Shown: positions 27,001-40,427, counted from the stretch's first letter. The stretch is 64,000 nt of DNA from Obrimoposthia wandeli (GCA_977020255.1 CDROCS010001038.1:1-64000), one strand, 5' to 3'. Made by a program: numbers and translations. Notes: generated from the letters alone by a model not told the origin.

Positions 27001-30000
27001 ACCATGTCTAAGTCTCTTAATTCTTTATTTTTTACAATTTTATTCGTGTCTAATGAGATAGCAGTGTTTAAATATGTACTTTACGCCTGCTTTCAGTTAA
27101 AAATTAAGCCTTGTTTCTTGGATGCTGAAATTATAATGAATACATTTTGTCTGTAAAATATGGCATGTAAATACATGTATAGAAATCCATCGCGAAGTGG
27201 CGTATTTAAGTGATACATTGACAGAAGCTCGCAAAATATTTTTAAATTACTTTATTAAAATTACAATTGGTGCAAAAATTTATTTTTCAAGAGCGAGGTG
27301 TGATACAGTCTAAGCTACTATAGTTTATAAAAGTTTGATAAAAACCCGCTGGATTGATAAGTTTCGATTTTCAAAGTATAATTATTTTCTCAATATCTTG
27401 GATCAAATAAGTTTTGCCATAACACCAAAGAATTTTTATTTCTTCATATCATTATTGTACAGAAGTACCTGGGTTGACAGTCACTTACATGATCGAAATC
27501 AATCGATTCTAACACACTTGTAATAAAGCCAATATCCTACACTAGTTGAGGTCATGTGTCGGGGTTTTTTAAAAATGTAAATCATGGTTTCTTTGACTTA
27601 AGAATGTTTAAATTTAGGTTTAGAAAATGTTTAAGATTTAAACTGATATTATTTATTTAGGCTGAAGGCCTATGTTGCCATTACTTTGTTTATATTTATC
27701 AAAAAAAAACTGTAAAATTCATTTAATTTCGCTGTTTTTACTTACCTACATGTTTATAAATTTTATTATTTTAAAACATAGACTATTGAGTATTCGTAAG
27801 TAAACTATTGTATTACTTTATTACTTTTTAAATTATTAAATATTTTTAATATACTTCTTTAAATTATTTATTCATTATTTAATAAATACCGTAATTAAAA
27901 AACATTTATTAACAAAAAGTAAACATATATATATATTATAAACTTGTTAAGGATTTTTAATGTTTATTTAATTATTGATGTTGTATTATTTTATGTTTCT
28001 AATAATTTCCAAAATAAAATTCAAACGAACACCTAGACCAGTGATGATTGTGCAATAAGTGCGTCACAATATATTTTGGAAATTTTATTAACGAATTTTT
28101 TTTGTCACCTTATGAAAAGCGTAAAACAAAAATTACATTTGTACTAACAAAATATTTTAAAATTATAATTATAAGTATCCAATAATAATTTAAAGTGAAA
28201 CTTGTTTTGACACTCCGATGCTAAATGGTTTATTTGTGGTGAGTTTTAAATCGTATGAGTTTTAAAAATATGTTGTTTAAAAGTACAAGCAATTCGAACA
28301 TTTTACAAATGCTTAATAAAAATTTGCAATATTTTATGTCAATGCACCTAAAACATATTTAAATATTTTTGGCTGTGTGTGTCATGCGTTCGCCATCACT
28401 GACCTAGGCGCTGATTAGACCTAAATATGCTGTATTGAAGTAAATAATGGAATGTAGTGATTACTTAAATTAAGCTACATTTCAACAGATAATTTGATGA
28501 AAAATTCACAATGAATTTTTGTACTGACTCACTAATTAGACTCATTTGTTACTTTTATAAAGACAAGTTATCTAAATTTGGTGAAGTAAATAGAACCGAA
28601 AACAAACATTAGTGCTGAGTGCATAAGTTCAATTTAAAATAAATTCTCACGATTGCCAGATTGAAACCTGGTCTGTCGCGTTTCACGGGTATATTAAATG
28701 AAACTGAGAAGAACATTTTTCTTTAGTAAGATAGAAGTTTTTCTTTGCAGCTATTTGAATTTCATTGAAAAAAATTAACATTCATGTCAATCTACTTTTA
28801 TACACTTGGAAATTTACAAAATCCTTAATTTTGAAGATAATACTCTTATTTATTCTATTTACCATTTCGATGTTTATACTTTAAATAGAACTTAAATTGC
28901 GTGTAATATAATCTTGAAATGGTTAAAATAGGTCTCCCTAATTAATCTAAATGTGTAGAGCTTCTTCATCCTTGATTATGTAGTTGTTAATCTACAATTT
29001 CTTATTGAATTTCATACACAAATAGACTTATTTCGATCATTTTTAATTTAAGCCTCAACTAATTAAAAGGCTTGCTGTTTAAAAATAAATTTCCCTTCTC
29101 GATGTGCATAAGTAATAATATTTATGTTTTAAGACATGTTAAATGTGTTGTCTTAAGATGTGACTTTTTAAACCTTAAATCACTACAAAATCCCTTACGT
29201 TAAGGAAAACGTATTAAAATGACAATATTACAATATTTGTCATTGCTTCTTTAAAATCAAATGTGAATCTCTCAGTTGCTTACCGATGTAGTCGGCAGAA
29301 TATTCATTAATAATTATGTGTTTTCTTTCAGAAACGAAAGAGAAAAAAATGGAAGCTTGGACCAAATCTAGGACATTTGATCAATTTTAATCATACGATA
29401 AATGGACGGACATGAATATTATCCTATTCGAGGCGGATTAAACAAATCTTTTTAAAATGTATAAATTAATTAGTTAAAAGCCACTTCGGCCAAATACTTT
29501 TGTTTCGCAGTTGAGCCTTGGCAATGACCTAGTTATAAAGAGTGCTTTTGAGGCGGCTGAAACTCCTGGTAGCTGTTGTTCAAATGTATATTGATCAAGG
29601 TAAACATTAAACGAGTCCATTGAAAAATGAACTTCGTCTTACGCTTTCTTTTTCTCCTCAACTAATTTCCCTTTCCGTTTACTGGAATTGTTAAACGTTT
29701 CCTTCAGTCTTTGTCACTTCGGTGGCGTCTGTTCATTTGGTTTTGTTCCAGTTTAACATGTTGAATTTTCAAAGTCTAGATTTATTTCCTATTCCAGAGA
29801 AATTATCCCAGTGTCATTTTCATATTTCTTATCGGAAAAATGTTCTTCGTACCAATAAAGAGAAAAGAAGGCACCTACTAAATCAGACATATGTTGGTTT
29901 CTTTCGTCTCTTTCATGTTCTTTGTCAGCTTCCAATTCCAGAATAATTACTGTTTCTTCCGTATCTGCGATGTCATCTTCAGATATATAAGACTAATCAC

Positions 30001-30159
30001 CAACAGTTCCACAATTTGATTAAAAAAATATTTGAATCTATATATGTTTCAAAACAATTTGATTTCATAATATTAAAATTTTCTCCAACTTTTGATAAAT
30101 AAATTAATGCAATTTTCTGTAAGAAATTATCCCAGATTACATAATTAGTATTTTACTGC

Positions 30160-30300
30160 AGTAGGCGGATATGTACGGTCTAATACCCCCCACTAGGGAA
30201 GCTACCACTGTCCTTTTTAAAACGTGCATGTGTATGGTGTGAAATTTCGTGCACGTGTGTATGGAGGGAAATTTTATGGGTGTATAAAAATCTATACGTG
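30160..30300 (+). repeat. Polinton terminal inverted repeat homolog (element A)
   Basis: AGTAGG start plus CTGTCCTTTTTAAAACGTGCATGTG and GTGAAATTTCGTGCA blocks shared with 45583-45680. Confidence 0.8.
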
Positions 30301-30759
30301 TCCTGAGACATGTATACACCTTTCACCTGTACAAGTGCAGTTTACTGGCGGTGGATGGTACGGTGGTCAAGGTTGGGAAATTAAGTTGGAAAATTAAGCG
30401 CATAGGAATTGAATTCCATTAAGAGCGATATTGAGCTGGTCCCTGAGATTCTTGGCTTACCATTCAGCTTCTGAAATTCACCAATTTGTCCACAAGTGTT
30501 TCGACCGTACAATACCACTAAATCCCTATATATTACTTTATGAATTACGTAAAGTAACATGTAAGTGTTTTTTCCACCCCCTCACCCCAATATCCTAAAA
30601 TACTAATAAACCTCATTGAAGACCCCTTAAAACTGAAAATATCATAGTGCTCCCACAGAGTGAGGAAGTGCCTGAGAGGCCATCTAAGGGCCAACGCTTG
30701 TCATTTGGGCCCGTCAAGCAATATACATACAGTGGATTTTGTAACATATTTGGGTAATT

Positions 30760-31200
30760 ATGCAAGAATATATCATTGACCTAGATGCTTTCATTGACAA
30801 AAATGGAGATTATATTATAAAAGAATTATGAATTATGGATATATGCGACGTTTTTCATCCTTTGTATTTCATATTTTATGTAGATATCCTGTTTAGGTTT
30901 TTAGATTATAAGAAGAAATTTACTAATTTAATATCTCACTAAATATTTTCATTTATTAAAATGGAAAGAATGACATAAGGCTTTTGGTGAAATAGGTATT
31001 TTCGATACTATAAAATCTAATTTTGATATTGAAAATGGAATTTTTTATGTTTTACATGAAATGGATGGAAAAAAGTACAAGTAATAAAAAAATATTTTCC
31101 AAAATTGAGATTGAATACATTCTATATTTTACGTGATCATCCATTAAAATTTCCACGAAATATTGGTTGTCCATATAGCGATCATGGTGAACACTGGACA
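30760..31200 (+). pseudogene. Decayed Polinton accessory gene, DEDD/DnaQ-like
   Basis: MQEYIIDLDAFIDKNGDYIIKEL* resembles the hhDhxxF...hKELA N-terminus of DnaQ-like accessory proteins. Multiple stops downstream. Confidence 0.4.
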
Positions 31201-31383
31201 TATAAAAAGTGTACGTCTATCTTACTATTACTTGACATGCAGATAAACAATACTTCTAATTAGAGGAATACAATATATAAAAAATAATATTTTCAACCAA
31301 TAAGATCAGACCATGTGTGCATAAAATTTAGTATAAAAGCTCTCACTTTTTTCATTTCAATCCCGATTTTTGAAATAATGAAT

Positions 31384-32420
31384 ATGGTAAGAACCTTTAT
31401 TTTTTTATTCTTTATTAATATTTATTATTTTAGATTACTTGTAATCTGTTTCCAGCGTATTGTACTGCTTCGGCTCCACTAGGAGGAGAATCCTGCATAA
31501 CAACAATGTTCGCCTACTATCGGGCAAAGTCTTATGGGCAGGTGTACTACATCTGCCCATTCTGCAGAACTATGGAGGACAAGGAGTTTCCAGTCTTCTT
31601 CAATGAACATCGAGCTTACTTGTCCTGCTTCAGGGCCAACAACTGGAAGAAGAGTATCGTCCAATTGGTGTGCGATTCGCTGATTGATCCAGCACCTGTT
31701 CAAGTTGCAGCGATAGCCTTTCAGTCTGTTTATGGTTCTAAGATTGGTCCTTCCCTCGACGTTCCGGAATCTTCAGCTGCCTCATCCACTCAACTGACTA
31801 ACAATGAGCCCACGCCGAATTTTAGGACTTTGTGCCAGCTACCCAACTCTTGAATAATGACTGGATGGATCAAATCACTCAGTCTGATTTCGAGATGGAG
31901 CAGCCTCAGTAAAGCGACAACATCTGGTTGGACGGCATCGAAGAATCCGACTTCGTCGAGTTAACAGACGACAACTGGATAGATGCTGTCAATGAAGAAG
32001 ACTTCCAACCAGCTACAGTTGGATCTTCTTCATCAAGTATTTCTTTTTATGATTTTTAAATTTTTTTAATTAAATATACTATATCAATTATTTAATTTTT
32101 ATTTTAATCATGAAATTCCTTGAGACAATCGATACCGTTGTCCACTATGGCAGCTATGCCTCCTCCATCGCGAGACCCTATATCGATGTTCGCACGCCTT
32201 AGAGATAATAATTAAATATAATTTATTTAATATATTTCTTTCAGCAGATGCATCATCATTCACAACAGTCACTTCCCGATCTTCCCCATCAGCAATATCA
32301 CATTCTTCGACGGTGGCATCACGATCAACTTTAACCGGCTTAAGAGGTTAATTATAAATTATATAAAATATTTATTGATATTTTTAAAAGCTTACAATCA
32401 GTCGCCTCAACCACAGCAGC
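31384..32420 (+). pseudogene. Spliced N-terminal leader of pPolB (element A): Cys/His domain, acidic Trp repeats, S/T/A linker
   Basis: ATG 31384-31386, 47-nt GT-AG intron 31387-31433, then ITCNLFPAYC...YICPFCR...EHRAYLSC. Further AT-rich introns separate the GC-richer exons. Homologous to 58578-59244. Confidence 0.7.
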
Positions 32421-32453
32421 ACCATCAACAAATGGATTTTTAAATATATATAG

Positions 32454-33007
32454 TTGTCTTCCCATTCAATTAGGGCCGGTTTGTCAGCGACAGTAGGAAG
32501 AAAGACGAACGGCCAAATTCTTAATAAAGCCTCAACTAAAAAACGTAGGGAAAACAGTACTACTATAGAGTATCACCTAAATAATAAATACATTATAGTA
32601 AAGGTGCGATTAGGAAATAAATTTTTATTAAACGTACGTGTAGATGCAAATATTGAAAGTCTTTTAAAATCAGAAGTGACAAAATTAGGCCAGGCTAAAG
32701 TTCAGTTTTGTGCAGCAGTGCAGTTTAAAAATGTCAATGAGGAGACTAAAACTTGGGTAATTTCATATAAAGCAACTGTTTTCTATGATAATTTTGTAAC
32801 TGAAATTGGAAGAAACCTATATGAAAAAATGGCTAATTATAGCGAGGTAAGTAATGGATGGACTCTAGTTAGAATTCACGATGTTAGCTTTGTTCTAACA
32901 AAGTTCACTGACATGATATATCTTTCGGGGAGTTCATACATTCCTTCACCTAGATCTCTTCAACTTTCACGTTCCATTGTTAACGTACAAAACAGTGATA
33001 ATCCAAT
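32454..33007 (+). pseudogene. pPolB N-terminal (terminal-protein region) fragment, element A
   Basis: SNGWTLVRIHD..GSSYIPSPRSL..IVNVQNSDN, typical of the Polinton pPolB N-terminus. Ends at a foreign segment. Confidence 0.8.
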
Positions 33008-33169
33008 AACGAAACCGAGACCCCAAGCAGCTACTGTTACTGCTACCGAGGACCAGCAGCATATTGAGACCCGGACCTACGTAAAGTAGAAGAGGCCCCT
33101 ATGGGGCCTTTGAGAAATTGATTGCATTCACATTAATAAATGTTTGATAAATAAAACAAATATAATACT

Positions 33170-35508
33170 GATATCCCAGTTAATGTAACAGACGAAGAAA
33201 TTTTTAAAAATCCTTTTGTAGATGTAATTTATAGGAGCAAAAATGAGGGGACTCAGGTCAACTTAATTTTGCTCGAACATAATAAAAAATTCCATTATGC
33301 TGCAATTCCCAATTTAGATCGTCTTCTAAATTTAGATAATGGAACCTTACCGGTTAGGATAAGGTGTAAGTGGTGTCATAGATGTTTGCATGGGTTCCGA
33401 TCCGAGCTCTCTTACAGCAAACATCTGACATTATGTTCACTGAATCCTGATGACAATACGCTATATAGCATGCCTAAGGATAAGATTTAAAATTCAGGGA
33501 TTGGGCAAAATGCATACCCGTGGAATACAGGGTGTATGCAGATTTTGAGTCAATTCTAGCATTGCACGACTAGTATGAGAGTATTCACCTACCGGCTTCG
33601 GCAGGACTACTATTCTTAGGCCCCAATATTACACAGTATCATAAATTTTCCGGTCCAAATTGTATTTTAGATTTTATGTTAAGATTAGAGGAATTAGGAA
33701 CAACAATTGTCAAACCGTGGTATGATCTTAATGCTCATCAAGCAGTGATCATGACAGGCATAAACTGGGTTAATTTTAATTCTAGTAGATTATGTTATTT
33801 GTGTGGAACCCAGTCTAAGTTAGTCAGAGATCACGATCATGTTACGGGGCGATACTTAGGAGCGGCGTGCAACCTCTGTAACCTTGGCCGTCGTCTCCCT
33901 AAAAAACCACGAATTCCCATTGTGTTTCATAACCTCAAAGGATATGATTTGCATCATATACTTAAATATGCGTTGGGTACATTAAGCTCTTGGGAAATTT
34001 CATGTATACCTCAAACTTCAGAGAAATATTTATCTTTAACTGCATATACTGAATTCTGCAGTTTAAGATTCATAGATTCTCTGCAGTTTTTGAGTGGTTC
34101 TTTAAAAAATAAAATGGCATCTTTAAATGCAAGGCCAATTACACAGTCAGTGTTCCCAGCTTCGGTTAACGATAAGGGGATTTTTCCGTATAAATTTGCG
34201 AAAACTTTTGCAGATTTAGAAAATACAACTGAAATCCCACTTATAACTGAATATGAGGGTGTAAGTCTTCAAGACTATAATGATGCCCGTACATTTTGGG
34301 CAAATAATTGTCGAAATCTTTTAGAATATATGCTTTATTATATGAAGTTAGACATTTATCTTTTAGCTGATGTTTTTGAGTCCTTTCGTGTAAAATCTTT
34401 AGCAGAAGATGGGCTAGATCCCATGCATTTCTTTAGTTTACCTGGTCTTTCATGGGCAACAGCAATAAAAACTCTTAAAATTAATATCAAGTTACTGCAA
34501 GATCCCGCGATGTATCAAATGTATGATTATGGTATACGCGGTGGAATGACTTTTGTCAACAAACATCATGTTGTCAAAAATCAATCCACGGAGATTCTGT
34601 ACATCGATATTAATAATTTGTATGGGTGGGCGCTTACTCAACCTCTACCTCATGCCAACTTTAAGTGGGTTTATGATGTGGATCAGTTGAATAAGTTGAT
34701 GACAGATTTGGCTACTGTTGATACAGTTTCATCCGACGTTAGCTATTTGGTTGAGGTGGACATAAAAATCCCTCCCAATGTGCATGATAAATTAGATGAT
34801 CTTCCAGTAGCGCCTGTTCATCAATGCCTACCTAATTCAAAGGTTAAGAAATTATTGTTAACACATGCAGATGACTTGGTAGCAGTGTTATTACGAAAAC
34901 AGAGTATTTGTCTCGATCGACCGAGTTATATAGGTCAAACGGTTTTAGACATTTCTAAACTCAGAATGTATGAGCTTCAATACATAGAATTGGAGAAATA
35001 CCGACAAGAATTTAATTGTGAGATCAAAATCGCGGCAGGGGACACTGACTCTTTCTTTTTAGAATGTAAGAATGTTAGTTTAAATAATCAATTATTACCA
35101 GCAATGTTTAGGGACAACTTACTAGATACCCATAAATATCCCGCTAACCATCCTCTACACTCTATGAGTTTAAAAGACATTATCGGGAAATTTAAGGATG
35201 AAAGCGAGGGACAGGTTTCGTATTATGATTGTATTTTCCTACGCACTAAATGCTACAGTTTACATGCATCTAATAATACATGTTCAATGAGAGCAAAGGG
35301 TGTGAAAAGAAACAATCTTACACATGAGGCCTACCGGAAAGTTTATGATACTGGGTGTATTGAAACCGTTGAGCAAACTAGATTTATTTCAAGAGCCCAT
35401 CAACTGTATTCCCATAAATCAACCAAAATCGCTTTGAGTAGTAATTACGACAAGCGCTTTTGGGTAGAAAAGAACGCTAGCCTGGCTTATGGACACTTCA
35501 GAATTTAA
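33170..35508 (+). pseudogene. Protein-primed family B DNA polymerase, copy with in-frame deletion of motif B
   Basis: The 610-aa ORF at 33676 has RDHDHVTGRYLGAAC, FHNLKGYD, YIDINNLYG and AGDTDS but lacks the 106 aa EDKL...SFTI, including KLKSNSLFGK, that are present in the 716-aa copy. Confidence 0.92.
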
Positions 35509-35819
35509 ACGGTTTTCATTTTATTTGATTTTTTTAGTTTTTTAAAATTTTAGATCCCTATGGCACCTAGACTCTAACTTATATGTTATTTCAATACATT
35601 TTTTAGGATGAACCTTATCTTTGCTGACATATCTCATTGTGATGTTGTGATTAATAAATGTATTAAAAAATTTTGTCTTATGTCTTTTATTATTTTACCC
35701 TTATATTTTTAGAGATGTAAAAAATAATTCAAAATAAAACATTTAAAATATTTATTTTTACAACACACTAATTGTTTTGCAACGATAATCATAAAATACA
35801 TAAATGTCCACAGTTTCTC

Positions 35820-38555
35820 TGAGTATTAATGTATTCAAATATAATACTGATATCCCATTTAATGTAATAGACGAAGAAATTTTTAAAAATCCTTTTGTAG
35901 ATGTAATTTATAGGAGCAAAAATGAGGGGACTCAGGTCAACTTAATTTTGCTCGAACATAATAAAAAATTCCATTATGCTGCAATTCCCAATTTAGATCG
36001 TCTTCTAAATTTAGATAATGGAACCTTACCGGTTAGGATAAGGTGTAAGTGGTGTCATAGATGTTTGCATGGGTTCCGATCCGAGCTCTCTTACAGCAAA
36101 CATCTGACATTATGTTCACTGAATCCTGATGACAATACGCTATATAGCATGCCTAAGGATAAGGATTTAAAATTCAGGGATTGGGCAAAATGCATACCCG
36201 TGGAATTCAGGGTGTATGCATATTTTTAGTAAATTCTAGCTTTGCATGACCAGTATGAGAGTATTCACCTACCGGCTTCGGCAGGACTATTGTTCTTAGT
36301 CCCAATATAACTCATTATCATGAATTTTCCGGTCCAAATTGTATTTTAGATTTTATGTTAAAATAAGAGGAATTAGGAACCACTATTGTCAAACCGTGGT
36401 TTGATATTATTGCTCATCAAGCAATGATCATGACTGGCATAGATTGGATTAATTTTAATTCTAGTAGATCATGTTATTTGTGTTGTACTCAGTCTAGGTT
36501 AGTCAGAGATCACAATCATGTTACGGGGTTATACTTGGGAGCGGCGTGCAACCTTTGTAACCTTGGCCGTCGACTTCCTAAAAAACTACGCATTCCCATC
36601 GTGTTTCATAATCTCAAAGGATATGATTTGCATCATATACTTAAATACGCGTTGAGTACATTAAGCTCTTAGGAAATTTCGTGTATAGCTCAAACTTATG
36701 TTTAATATTTATCATTAACTGCATATACTGAATTTTGCAGTTTAAGATTTATAGATTCTCTGCAATTTTGAGTGGGTCTTTAAAAAAATTACCGTCATTT
36801 TTATATGCATGGCCAATTACACAGTCAGTGTTCCCTATGGTTCCCTATGGTTAATGATAAGACGATTTTACTTTATAAATTTGCGAAAACCTTTGCAGAT
36901 TTACAAAATGCAACAGAAATCCCGCCCATAACTGAATTCGTGAATGTAAGTTTTTAAAGACTATAATGAAGCACGTACATTTTCGGAGAGTAATCGTCAA
37001 AATCTTTTAAAGTAGATGCTTTATTATATGAAGTTAGATATTTATCTTTTAGCTGATGTGTTTGAGTACCTCCGTATACAATCTTTAGACGAAGATGGGC
37101 TAGATCCTATGCATATCTTTAGTTTACCTGGTCTTTCATGAGCAATGGCAATAAAAACTTTTCATATTAATGTCAAGTTACTGCAAGATCCCGCAATGTA
37201 TCAAATGTATGATTATGGTATACGCGGTGATATGACTTTTGTCAACAAACACAATATTTTCAAAAATAAATCCACGAAAATTCTTAACATCGACCTTAAT
37301 AATTTGTATGGGTGGGTGCTTACTCATTCTCTACATGCCAACTTTAAGTGGGTTTATGATGAGGAAGAGTTGAATAAGTTGATGACATATTTGGCTACTC
37401 TTGATTCAGTTTCATCAAACGTGATGAGGAAGAGTTGAATAAGTTGATGACATATTTGGCTACTCTTGATTCAGTTTCATCAAACGTCAGCTATTTGGTT
37501 GAGGTTGATTTAAAAAATCCTCCATATGTGCTTGATAAATTATATGATCTTCCAATAGCACCTGTCCATCAATGTCCTCCTAATTCAAAGGTTAAGAAAT
37601 TATTGTTAACACATGAAGACAAGTTGAATTATGTTGTGCATTGGCGGCTTCTTCAATTCTACTTAAAGCTGGGAGCGAAAGTTACTCGAATTCATCGTGC
37701 TATAAGCTTCAGTCAAAACTTTGTGTTTAAAGACTATATTGAGAAGAATTCTAGAAAACGTAATTTGGCCACTAGCAAATTCGATCTAGATTTTTACAAG
37801 TTAAAAAGTAATAGTCTCTTTGGAAAAACTGTAGAGGACTTGCGGAAACTTATTTGTCTACGGTTTTGCAATGATGAGCGTAAACTAATAACATATACTA
37901 GCAAGTACAAATTCAAGCGTAGTTTTACAATTGCAGATGACTTGGTAGCAGTGTTATTACGAAAACAGAGTATTTGTCTCGATCGACCGAGTTATATAGG
38001 TCAAACGGTTTTAGACATTTCTAAACTCAGAATGTATGAGCTGCAATATATAGAATTAGATAAATTGAGATCAAAAACGCAGCTGGGGACACTGACTCTT
38101 TCTTTTTAGAATGTAAACATGTTTATTTGCAAATTAAATTATTATCAGTAATATTTAGGACTAACTTACTTGATACCCATAGATATCCCGTTATCATTCT
38201 CTACACTCTATGAGTTTAAAGGACATTATCGGGAAATTTAAGGATGAAAGCGAGGGTCAGATTTTGTATGATGATAGTATTTTCCTACGCCCTAAATGCT
38301 ACAGTTTACATGCATCTAATAATACATGTTTTAATGAGAGCAAAGGGTGTGGGAAGAAACAATCTTACACATGAGACCTACCAGAATGTTTATGATACTG
38401 GGTGTATTGAAAGCGTTGAGCAAACTGGATTTATTTCAAGAGTCCATCAACTGAATTCCCATAAGTCAACAAAAATTGCTTTGAGTAGTAATGACGACAA
38501 GCGCTTTTGGGTAGAAAAGAACGCTAGCCAGGCTTATGGTCACTTTCAAATTTAA
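35820..38555 (+). pseudogene. Third, more decayed pPolB copy
   Basis: Same motifs (RDHNHVTG, IDLNNLYG, KLKSNSLFGK, GDTDS) split over several ORFs by stops and indels, including a 65-bp tandem duplication at 37357-37486. Confidence 0.9.
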
Positions 38556-38849
38556 ACGGTTTTCATTTTTTGATTTTATTTGTTTAGTGTTTTAAAATTT
38601 TAGATGCCTATTGCACCTTGACTCTAACTTTTTGTTATTTCGATACTTTTTTAGGTTGGGTCTTATCTTTGCTGACAGATCTCCATGTGATATTTTGCTG
38701 AATAAATGTATATAAAAATCTAGTCTTATGTCTTTTATTATGTTTCCCTTATATTTTGATCTTGTAGGGTTCTTTAAAAATATTTCAAAATAATACATGT
38801 TTTCAAAAAATATTTATTATTATAACACATTAACCTTTTTGCAACGATA

Positions 38850-39110
38850 ACCATAAAATACAAAAATGTCTACAGTTTCTCGTTGCTGAATCCTGATGTT
38901 GTACCTTGTTGTAAAATACTCTTCTTCGATTTTTTTAATAGTCAAAACAAGCTTGTGTGGATAATACGTTGCAAGTGGATCAAATACATGTATTGTCCAC
39001 TCTCTAACATAAATACCTATCCAATATTCTCCTGGTAAATTCGAAGTATGAGTATTGATAATGTAACCTAAAGGTTGAAAAATGGAAACATATCAATCAG
39101 ATAAACTCAA
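38850..39110 (-). pseudogene. Adenain-like protease remnant (element A)
   Basis: Reverse complement is homologous to 54430-54720 (INTHTSNLPGEYWI, FDPL, QDSATRNC). Confidence 0.8.
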
Positions 39111-39199
39111 TTGAATTTATCACCCAGAACCTTTTCTGGTGATTCTTGTACTGGTACTGAACTAAATTAAAATTAATAAATATAAATTTAAAAAATGTC

Positions 39200-40427
39200 T
39201 CACTTCATTCTACAATATGACAGTTCTGTTTTTGTTAATTTGTATTTCCGATTCAAATACTCCGCAAAAAAGCACTAGAGTAGGATGTGTTAAATCTGCA
39301 TTGAATTTAATTTCTAGTCGTAAATTTTGATCTTTTGGTAGTTGGCATTAGTTTATATCAAAGTCTGTCGCCAAAACAAATGTGAAGAACGGACAGCTGC
39401 CTTTAAACTCAGTGAAATAAATACCATTGTTTATATTTTTATCTAGTTGGCCCAAATTCTGAATAATAGATTGCGTATAAGCCAAAGCATAAGCGTTACT
39501 TCCGAAATCTGTTTATATGTTTCACAATAGTTGCTATTTCTTAAAAGTGTCACAGAACCTACATAAAGATTGTCAAATTTAGTTACATCTGTCGTATAAT
39601 TTCCTAGAAACTTTGCAGTTTTTTGAAAAGAAATTAAAACTAATTTCGGTAATCTTACATCACCAAAATTTTGATCCTTATTAAAAGCTTGTGTACTCGT
39701 ACCTAAAGAGTAGGTTTAGTTTCTCTAATAGGATAACAAGCATTGTTTTTTTCCATTCTTATATTATGTGCCATTAAAACTGATTGCTCGGTTTTAACTC
39801 TTCGGACATATAGTTTTGCATCCAAAATATCAAGTTTAGGTTTTAGAACGTCTGTACTTATCAAAGAAAAATTACAATTATTACGTTTCAAACGAAGATG
39901 TACATAACCACTTGGAATTAAATATTTCGTTTGTTCAAAGACGTTTAATCTCATAGACCCACATATTTCGTAAGTTTTAGATTCTGCAATCCATTCTTTG
40001 CGAGTTGCAGCCATTTTATCATAACCAATGGTTGACAAATTAGTATTTTGAGTATCAGTACTATAATTCAAAAGACTTTCAATCAAAGCTTTATGGGTAC
40101 AGAATTTCCATATTCATTTTTAACATTATTAAGAGTAACAATAGCATCACTAAATACAGAATTACAGAGATAACTAACAGGTGTTACATCGGCATTTTCC
40201 GCTAAATTAGTACCATCTCGATTTAATACTTTTATTTGAACATAAAGTGAAGTATCATTCAAATCTAAATAATCACTCTTGGAACCATTAATATTAAATT
40301 CTAAATCGATTAAAGTGATTCCTCAAACTGACTTAACTAGAAATATTTCTTCAAAGGAAGCATTATCTACAACTACTTGCGGAAAAGGTTTATCAAAAAT
40401 ACAAAATTCGGTTTTGGCACAACTCAT
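39200..40427 (-). pseudogene. Major capsid protein remnant (element A)
   Basis: Homologous to 53112-54340 (MSCAKTEFCIFDKP..., IESLLNYSTDTQNTNL). Fragmented. Confidence 0.88.

Noticed and set aside
29480-30000. Purine-rich minus-strand segment resembling an acidic coding region
   Set aside because: Stops in all frames and no recognisable domain.
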